Shown here: piece by piece, positions 52,793 through 64,000 of the stretch
Layout: each line of letters begins with the position of its first letter
How positions within the stretch are numbered: position 1 is the stretch's first letter
Assembly: GCA_964016885.1 (NCBI GenBank)
Contig: OZ024742.1
Location: forward strand, 369,520,001-369,584,000
Length of the DNA: 64,000 nt
Direction: 5' to 3'
DNA from: Eledone cirrhosa
Lineage: Eukaryota
Notes under the pieces: model-generated
What the model was told of the DNA's origin: nothing
The model's input: only the letters and a program-made list of their open reading frames with translations
Databases searched by the model: none
Translations under genes and position numbers: made by a program

Positions 52793-54501
52793 TACTTCTC
52801 TTAGGTCAGTATTGTTTGTTTGGGTGTTGTTATTCCATTAATTTTTTCTGTTTAGCCTTCTAAGTTCTATTTCGCTGGCCTCTCTGATTTGCCTATCTGC
52901 TGGGTCACTTCTATGTTTAGATATTATTCTAACTTCTATGTTGTCTATGTTACCGTTGTGTTGTTGCCATTAACATTGATTTTGCTGTGGAAAAATATGT
53001 GGAGATGATCATTGAGAGTGAGTTGGAGTTCTGTGACGTCGACACAGACGAACTGGGCCTCCTACTTAGACTTACCTACGACACTGACTACCTAGACAGC
53101 CATGACCTTAGACGTTTCTACCCCAGTATACCCATAAGAGGTAGACCCCCACCATAACCTCAATGGCAAAAAAGACTCCCATAGGAAGGTGGATTGGGTG
53201 GACCAAAGCTATACGGACCCCCCAAAACAATGATCAGGTAAGAAAAATGGTCGCACATGCAATAGGGGCTAGTATCAAAACTACCCTAAAGGGCCACATA
53301 TTCAAGTTCAACGAGATCTACACCCAAAATGAGGGAGCAGCCATAGGCGTCAGCATAGCTGGTGACATTGCCAACCTTTTTATGGTATGGTGGGAAAGGA
53401 GACTCAAAGATCTCCTTGATGAGAGCTCCATAGACCTCATCATGTACTATCGTTATGTAGACGACATCAATATAGTAATAAGGACATCCCCACAAGAGAG
53501 CACTAACAAGTTTGATTTAGAACGTAGCACAATGGAAAGCATGCAGCAGATAGCTAATTCCATACACCAGAGTATAACTGTAACTATCGACTACCCTTCC
53601 AAACACCCTAACAATAGACTACCTGTATTAGACACGGAACTCTGGATTAACACTATAGACGAGAGAGCCCAAATTCTCCACTCACACTATGCTAAACCCA
53701 TGGCCTCCAAATACCTGATATTCAAAAACTCAGCAATGTCCAGTAGTGCTAAGTTTAATATTCTGATCGCAGACTTGGTACGAGTGATGAAGAACGTGTC
53801 CCGCATGTGCGACCCAACAGAAACGGAAAGGCACATCCAACACTGCATCAACCGCATGCAGTTCTCTGGCTACAACCAAAGAGACAGAGTTAGAGTATAC
53901 GAAGAAGCCACGGAGAAGTATAAGACCCTCATAGAACTGGACATGAAAGGAATTTGCCCATTATACAGTAACAAATCATGGAATAGCTTAGATAGGACTA
54001 GACATAAGATAGGGAAAGCCACCTCATGGTTCGACAACCAGAGATACCAGAGTGTCATGTTTGTGGACGCTACCTCTGGAGGGAAATTAGCTAACCAGTG
54101 TAGAAAGGCCCTGAGAAAGACCCACTTAAAGATTAAGGTGGTAGAAAAGCCAGGAACCACCATAAAATCCCTGATCAGCAAAACCTACCCTTTTAAGAAA
54201 ACCCACTGTTCTAATAGGAAATGTATCATATGTAGAGTAAACCCCCGGATAAACTGTAAAACTAGAAACGTAGTCTATAGCATAAGATGTACAGAGGGTA
54301 CTTGCAGAAACATGACAACAACATACATAGGCGAGACAGCTCGTAGCATAGGTGAAAGGATAGACCAACACTGGGGGGAACTAAAAGGACAAAAAAACGG
54401 GTCAGTACTATACGAACATGCTAGACAACAACACGACGGTAACATAGACAACATAGAAATTAGAATAATATCTAAACATAGAAATGATCCAGCAGATAGG
54501 C
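52400..54501 (+). mobile_element. Penelope-like element (RT + Cys linker + GIY-YIG) preceded by an inverted copy of its own 3' end
   Basis: 52889-52965 is the reverse complement of 54425-54501. On the minus strand it continues DPADRQIREASEIEL into a 3' UTR reaching ~52400. Confidence 0.88.
53163..54501 (+). pseudogene. PLE RT C-terminal half and GIY-YIG endonuclease, open for ~445 codons but truncated at both ends
   Basis: YTQNEGAAIGVSIAGDIANLFM, YYRYVDDI, LPVLD, CSNRKCIIC...C, VVYSIRC...TYIGETARSIGERIDQH. The frame then runs into a microsatellite. Confidence 0.9.
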
Positions 54502-54671
54502 ATATATGTGTGTATATGTATGTATACACATATACATACATATACACACACATATACATACATATATACACACATATACACACATATGTATATATATAAA
54601 TTTTAGTACAGCATTGACGAAGCTTTAGAATACGGCCAAGCTAGCGTATATGCATAATCGGTTTGTAGCTT

Positions 54672-54753
54672 GAGGGTCTGTGGTTTTTCTCACATGTGAG
54701 AAAAACCACAGACGTGAGAAAAACCACAGATGTGAGAAAAACCACAGACCCTC
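54672..54753. repeat. Palindrome with a triplicated 18-bp right arm
   Basis: GAGGGTCTGTGGTTTTTCTCACAT-(GTGAGAAAAACCACAGAY)x3-CCTC. Confidence 0.93.
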
Positions 54754-54765
54754 CATCTCAACTCA

Positions 54766-54803
54766 CCTTTTGAAAAGCAGAAGAACTGTGAAACCGGTAA
54801 AGG
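54766..54803 (+). ncRNA. Minimal type-I hammerhead ribozyme with U3-A8 core
   Basis: CCUU-UUGAAAA-GCAG(AAGAA)CUGU-GAA-ACCGGU-A/AAGG. 4-bp stems I and II, palindromic stem III, GUA cleavage triplet. Confidence 0.8.
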
Positions 54804-54934
54804 AACCAAATAAATATATATATTTAAAAAAAAAATAAGACTTCAGTTGCAATTTCGATTTCATCTCTTTTTCTTTATACTTTCACTCGTGTAGGACACC
54901 TCGGTTATTTTTCATTTTGTAAAAAAAACCTCAC

Positions 54935-55005
<71 letters not shown>

Positions 55006-55039
55006 CATATATATATATATAGTGAAAATATATATATAT

Positions 55040-56495
<1,456 letters not shown>

Positions 56496-56514
56496 TCTGT
56501 GCACATAACATCTT

Positions 56515-56591
<77 letters not shown>

Positions 56592-56595
<4 letters not shown>

Positions 56596-56879
56596 TGGCT
56601 GCCAACTCGTTTTCGAGTACGGCCACTACTTTATATCCATGTAGGAGAACCCCTACCGATGCGCTGAACGAGTGTGACTTTTTAGTCCAGCCAGTGACTT
56701 GAAAACTCTGGTACAAACACTACACTTGTGACAATTATTGACACATAGTGCTGGGCTCATGGTACCATGTGACGACAAGTGCAGAGAGATCTCCAGATAT
56801 AAAGCAATGCCTGTGCCGTGAAGCTTTTATAGTGAGCAAAAGCACTGCACAAAGCCAGTCCCACTCTCTTAATCAAGAT
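56592..56879. repeat. ~288-bp dispersed repeat; second direct copy at 58292-58578
   Basis: TGGTGGCTGCCAACTCGTTTTCGAGTACGG...CCCACTCTCTTAA.CAAGAT. The two copies differ by a few substitutions and each is preceded by (TA)n. Confidence 0.93.
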
Positions 56880-57208
56880 GATATTTACCAAAAAGAAGAA
56901 CAAGTCAACATCATTGGATACCATCAGGGTTGCAGGTGTTATATCAGAGTTTTCCTTCTCCTAGAATTCTGCCTTGACAAAGGCTAAGGGGTCATCTGTC
57001 CCGGTGATTTTGGATGGCCATTGACTCTTAAGAGCTCCTTTACCCTTTGACAGGTTTTGCTTTTAGTCCTGCAGGATGTCCAAAGTCACCCTCCTCACCA
57101 AGAAACCTTGGTGGGGTTGCCAGTTTAGTCGCCAACGACCCGACCATGACACAGGTATGTCAGGTCACCAGTTGGTGCTACTGGTGACATGTATCCCAGT
57201 ACAACCTG

Positions 57209-57212
<4 letters not shown>
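56880..57212 (-). mobile_element. Possible RTE-type 5' UTR fragment
   Basis: The minus strand contains TAAACTGGCAACCCC and CTAGGAGAAGGAAAACTCTGA, motifs I recall from RTE 5' regions. There is no coding support. Confidence 0.35.
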
Positions 57213-58293
<1,081 letters not shown>

Positions 58294-58574
58294 GTGGCTG
58301 CCAACTCGTTTTCGAGTACGGCCACTACTTTATATCCATGTAGGAGAACCCCCACCGATGCGCTGAACGAGTGTAACTTTTTAGTCCAGCCAGCGACTTG
58401 AAAACTCTGGTACAAACACTACACCTGTGACAATTATTGACACATAGTGCTGGGCCCATGGAACCATGTGACGACAAGTGCAGAGAGATCTCCAGATATA
58501 AAGCAATGCCTGTGCCGTGAAGCTTTTATAGTGAACAAAGGCACTGCACAAAGCCAGTCCCACTCTCTTAACCA

Positions 58575-58610
<36 letters not shown>

Positions 58611-58614
<4 letters not shown>

Positions 58615-58750
58615 CAGAATTAGCTGTCGAAACGGCTCGAGCTCAGCCGTCGGGGTCCTACTCGTTCCTATTACCCACTCTACTACCCTAAGTATTGAGT
58701 ACTTTGGTGCATTATGGTCCACCTGGTTCCTTACCACATTTCCTTCGTTA
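58611..58750 (+). mobile_element. 3' end of the family-A hammerhead module, 5'-truncated within stem II
   Basis: Matches 35813-35870 directly and 38426-38565 in reverse complement, including the terminal GGTTCCTTACCACA.TTCCTT.GTTA-(TA)n. Confidence 0.8.
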
Positions 58751-58780
58751 TATATATATATATATATATTGTATAGAAGG

Positions 58781-58831
58781 AGCTTCTACAGGACTAGATC
58801 TGTTTCATTCAGATGAAATCTTCAGGAAGCT
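58781..58831 (-). ncRNA. Type-I hammerhead ribozyme with canonical core
   Basis: Minus strand: AGCUUC-CUGAAGA-UUUCAUCUGAAU-GAA-ACAG(AUCUAGUC)CUGU-A/GAAGCU. 6-bp stem I, short stem II, GUA triplet. Confidence 0.78.
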
Positions 58832-59085
58832 GGGTGTCATATTAAATTCTGGTATTTATACATTTAGGTAGTGGTAAAAAAGGGGTGGTGGCTGAGGGGG
58901 GGGGGCGTGTAGGTTGGTATTTAGATACACAGGACCATAACATGGCACAGACCGTTTTTTCTCTGGGGAGTGGTCAATTAGCCGGAGTGCTTTTGTAAAA
59001 TAAAAAGAAAAAGAAAAAGAAAAAGAAAAAGAAAAAGAAAAAGAAAAAGAAAAAGGAAAAGAAAAAGAAAAAGAAAACGAAAAAG

Positions 59086-59132
<47 letters not shown>

Positions 59133-59483
59133 AAACCCCAAGAATAGTAATTCAACAGATATATAGTAGGGAAATTTTTTAGGTGGGTATTAGAAGATAA
59201 ACAAGACCGAATCATGGCACAGACCATTGGTCTATGGTGAGTGGTCAAGTTAACATACAAGCTACAAGTGGCCAGAGTGTTTTTGTAGAAAGAAAAGAAT
59301 AAAATATATTTACATACTCACAACCACATACATAAACACTTACACACACATATATATGTATATCTATACATATACATATATATATATACACACACAAAAA
59401 ACCACATACACACACATATACACACACACGCATACACATACACACACATATATACATACACATACATATATATATATATATAT

Positions 59484-60990
59484 GAAAAAATGGGGAGAAG
59501 AATACTGCAGGTTGCACATGGATAACATGTAATAAAATGAGTCCCTCATCAGTGATTTGACGACGATCATAGATATTTCATTGCATTAAAAATCATATAC
59601 CTCACGTCGGTGCAATAATAACTAAATTAAGTTATTAGGACAATTAAAACGCGTAAAGCGAGTGAGACAAGATAACAACAAAGAGGAGAGCTAACCGTAG
59701 AGAGGAAAAGAACAAGCTACATAGTTATTCTGTTAGCATAAGCTAGGTGAATATATGAGCGCTTAGAATAAAGACCTTTCGGGATGAATCCAAATGTGAG
59801 AAAGAGAGAAAATGTTTTCGTCGTGAACGGGGTGAAGTGAGAAGGGGAGAAACAGTGAGTGAGTGAGTGGAAGTGTGAGGAAGAGTTAACTGACATGACA
59901 GAGGGGGCAAAAGAAAGTAGGAGAAACAGAGAGAACGAGGGAGCAGTAAGAGAGAGAGCGAGAAAAAAACAGAATCGCAGTTTCGGTAAATATATGTGAA
60001 AAAATGGGGAGAAGAATACTGCAGGTTGCACATGGATAACATGTAATAAAATGAGTCCTCATCAGTTATTTGCCGACGATCATAGATATTTCATTGCATT
60101 AAAAATCATATACCTCACGTCGGTGCAATAATAACTAAATTAAGTTATTAGGACAATTAAAACGCGTAAAGCGAGTGAGACAAGATAACAACAAAGAGGA
60201 GAGCTAACCGTAGAGAGGAAGGGAACAAGCTACATAGTTATTCTGTTAGCATAAGCTAGGTAAATATATGAGCGCTTAGAAAAAGGACCTTTCGGGATGA
60301 ATCCAAATGTGAGAAAGAGAGAAAATGTTTTCGTCGCGAACGGGGTGAAGTGAGAAGGGGAGAAACAGTGAGTGAGTGAGTGGAAGTGTGAGGAAGAGTT
60401 AACTGACATGACAGAAGGGGCGAAAGAAAGTAGGAGAAACAGAGAGAACGAGGGAGCAGTAAGAGAGAGAGAGAGAAAAAAACAGAATCGCAGTTTAGGT
60501 AAATATATGTGAAAAAATGAGGAGAAGAATACTGCAGGTTGCACATGGATAACATGTAATAAAATGAGTCCCTCACCAGTGAATTGCCGACGATCATAGA
60601 TATTTCATTGCATTAAAAATCATATACCTCACGTCGGTGCAATAATAACTAAATTAAGTTATTAGGACAATAAAAACGCGTAAAGCGAGTGAGACAAGAT
60701 AACAACAAAAAGGAAAGCTAACCGTAGAGAGGAAGGGAACAAGCTACATAGTTATTCTGTTAGCATAAGCTAGTTGAATATATGAGCGCTTAGAAAAAAG
60801 ACCTTTCGGGATGAATCCAAATGTGAGAAAGAGAGAAAATGTTTTCGTCGCGAACGGGGTGAAGTGAGAAGGGGAGAAACAGTGAGTGAGTGAGTGGAAG
60901 TGTGAGGAAGAGTTAACTGACATGACAGAGGGGGCGAAAGAAAGTAGGAGAAACAGAGAGAACGAGTGAGCATAAGAGAGAGAGAGAGAT

Positions 60991-61031
<41 letters not shown>

Positions 61032-64000
61032 GAGAGAGTGAGAGAGAGAGAGAGAGAGAATCGCAGTTTAGGTAAATATATGTGAAAAAATGGGAAGAAT
61101 AATACTGCAGGTTGCACATGGATAACATGTAATAAAATGAGTCCCTCATCAGTGATTTGCCGACGATCATAGATATTTCATTGCATTAAAAATCATATAC
61201 CTCACGTCGGTGCAATAATAACTAAATTAAGTTATTAGGACAAATAAAATGCGTAAAGCGAGTGAGACAAGATAACAACAAAGAGGAGAGCTAACCGTAG
61301 AGAGGAAGGGAACAAGCTACATAGTTATTCTGTTAGCATAAGCTAGGTGAATATATGAGCGCTTAGAAAAAAGACCTTTCGGGATGAATCCAAATGTGAG
61401 AAAGAGAGAAAATGTTTTCGTCGCGAACGGGGTGAAGTGAGAAGGGGAGAAATAGTGAGTGAGTGAGTGGAAGTGTGAGGAAGAGTTAACTGACATGACA
61501 GAGGGGGCGAAAGAAAGTAGGAGAAACAGAGAGAACGAGGGAGCAGTAAGAGAGAGAGAGAGAGAAAAAAACAGAATCGCAGTTTAGGTAAATATATGTG
61601 AAAAAATGGGGAGAAGAATACTGCAGGTTGCCCATGGATAAAATGTAATAAAATGAGTCCCTCATCAGTGATTTGCCGACGATCATAGATATTTCATTGC
61701 ATTAAAAATCATATACCACACGTCGGTGCAATAATAACTAAATTAAGTTATTAGGACAACTAAAACGCGTAAAGTGAGTGAGACAAGATAACAACAAAGA
61801 GGAGAGCTAACCGTAGAGAGGAAGGGAACAAGCTACATAGTTATTCTGTTAGCATAAGCCAGGTGAATATATGAGCGCTTAGAAAAAAGACCTTTCGGGA
61901 TGAATCCAAATGTGAGAAAGAGAGAAAATGTTTTCGTCGCGAACGGGGTGAAGTGAGAAGGGGAGAAATAGTGAGTGCGTGAGTGGAAGTGTGAGGAAGA
62001 GTTAACTGACATGACAGAGGGGGCGAAAGAAAGTAGGAGAAACAGAGAGAATGAGGGAGCAGTAAGAGAGAGAGAGTGAAAAAAAAACAGAATCGCGGTT
62101 TAGGTAAATATATGTGAAAAAATGGGGAGAAGAATATTGCAGGTTGCACATGGATAAAATGTAATAAAATGAGTCGCTCATCAGTGATTTGCCGACGATC
62201 ATAGATATTTCATTGCATTAAAAATCATATACCTCACGTCGGTGCAATAATAACTAAATTAAGTTATTAGGACAATTAAGACGCGTAAAGCGAGTGAGAC
62301 AAGATAACAACAAAGAGGAGAGCTAACCATAGAGAGGAAGGGAACAAGCTACATAGTTATTCTGTTAGCATAAGCTAGGTGAATATATGAGCGCTTAGAA
62401 AAAGGACCTTTCGGGATGAATCCAAATGTGAGAAAGAGAGAAAATGTTTTCGTCAAGAACGGGATGAAGTGAGAAGGGGAGAAACAGTGAGTGAGTGAGT
62501 GGAAGTGTGAGGAAGAGTTAACTGACATGACAGAAGGGGCGAAAGAAAGTAGGAGAAACAGAGAGAACGAGGGTGCAGTAAGAGAGAGAGAGAGAGAAAA
62601 AAACAGAATCGCAGTTTAGGTAAATATATGTGAAAAAATGGGGAGAAGAATACTGCAGGTTGCACATGGATAACATGTAATAAAATGAGTCCCTCATCAG
62701 TGATTTGCCGACGATCATAGATATTTCATTGCATTCAAAATCATATCCCTCACGTCGGTGCAATAATAACTAAATTAAGTTATTAGGACAATTAAAACGC
62801 GTAAAGCGAGTGAGACAAGATAACAACAAAGAGGAGAGCTAACCGTAGAGAGGAAGGGAACAAGCTACATAGTTATTCTGTTAGCATAAGCTAGGTTAAT
62901 ATATGAGCGCTTAGAAAAAAGACCTTTCGGGATGAATCCAAATGTGAGAAAGAGAGAAAATGTTTTCGTCGCGAACGGGGTGAAGTGAGAAGGGGAGAAA
63001 CAGTGAGTGAGTGAGTGGAAGTGTGAGGAAGAGTTAACTGACATGACAGAAGGGGCGAAAGAAAGTAGGAGAAGCAGAGAGAATGAGGGAGCAGTAAGAG
63101 AGAGAGAGTGAAAAAAAAACAGAATCGCGGTTTAGGTAAATATATGTGAAAAAATGGGGAGAAGAATATTGCAGGTTGCACATGGATAAAATGTAATAAA
63201 ATGAGTCCCTCATCAGTGATTTGCCGACGATTATAGATATTTCATTGCATTAAAAATCATATACCTCACGTCGGTGCAATAATAACTAAATTAAGTTATT
63301 AGGACAATTAAAACGCGTAAAGCGAGTGAGACAAGATAACAACAAAGAGAAGAGCTAACCGTAGAGAGGAAGGGAACAAGCTACATAGTTATTCTGTTAG
63401 CATAAGCTAGGTGAATATATGAGCGCTTAGAAAAAAGAACTTTCGGGATGAATCCAAATGTGAGAAAGAGAGAAAATGTTTTCGTCGCGTACAGGGTGAA
63501 GTGAGAAGGGGAGTAACAGTGAGTGAGTGAGTGGAATTGTGAGGAAGAGTTTACTGACATGACAGAGGGGGCGAAAGAAAGTAGGAGAAACAGAGAGAAC
63601 GAGGGAGCAGTAAGAGAAAGAGAGAGAGAAAAAAACTGAATCGCAGTTTAGGTAAATATATGTGAAAAATGGGGAGAAGAATACTGCAGGTTGCACATGG
63701 ATAACATGTAATAAAATGAGTCCCTCATCAGTGATTTGCCGACGATTATAGATATTTCATTGCATTAAAAATAATATACCTCGCGTCGGTGCAATAATAA
63801 CTAAATTAAGATATTAGGACAAATAAAACGCGTAAAGCGAGTAAGACAAGATAACAACAAAGAGGAGAGCTAAAGGTAGAGACGAAGGGAACAAGCTACA
63901 TAGTTATTCTGTTAGCATAAGCTAGGTGAATATATGAGCGCTTAGAAAAAAGACCTTTCGGGATGAATCCAAATGTGAGAAAGAGAGAAAATGTTTTCGT
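59484..64000. repeat. ~516-bp tandem array, 8 full units plus a partial one, continues beyond the right edge
   Basis: Units start (GAAAAAATGG...) at 59484, 59998, 60511, 61084, 61600, 62116, 62632, 63148 and 63664. The internal (GA)n varies, and unit 3 is expanded to 573 bp. Confidence 0.97.

Noticed and set aside
60280-60580. Split hammerhead pairing CUGAUGAGGGA with distant UCCCGAAAGGUC in the 516-bp unit
   Set aside because: No credible stem I or stem III forms.
59717-63696. Repeated 60-115 aa minus-strand ORFs in the 516-bp array
   Set aside because: Frames shift between units with (GA)n length, and no domain is recognisable.

Overview
This is AT-rich, repeat-dominated eukaryotic DNA. 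The tRNA-derived SINE, dense (TA)n/(CA)n tracts and LINE mix suggest a cephalopod (Octopus-like) genome; that is an inference. 1-23747 is a ~264-copy array of a 90-bp satellite with higher-order repeat structure, and its giant ORFs are artefacts of the 90-bp period. It is followed by a mosaic of decayed elements, mostly separated by (TA)n: the 5' half of a Tx1/L1-type LINE, CR1-type and RTE LINEs (one containing a 47-bp minisatellite grown from its own ORF), a broken autonomous Helitron, a complete non-autonomous Helitron, SINEs, at least four Penelope-like element (PLE) remnants and several long fold-back inverted repeats. The only host gene recognised is the first coding exon of a secreted GH56 hyaluronidase (46186-46473). 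A ~516-bp tandem array runs off the right end. The most notable signal is a set of hand-folded type-I hammerhead ribozymes from unrelated repeat modules: five have complete cores, three of these carry a compensatory U3-A8 pair, and three have unusually long stem II inserts. Several degenerate ones sit in fold-back arms. All RNA structures were derived by eye, not computed.
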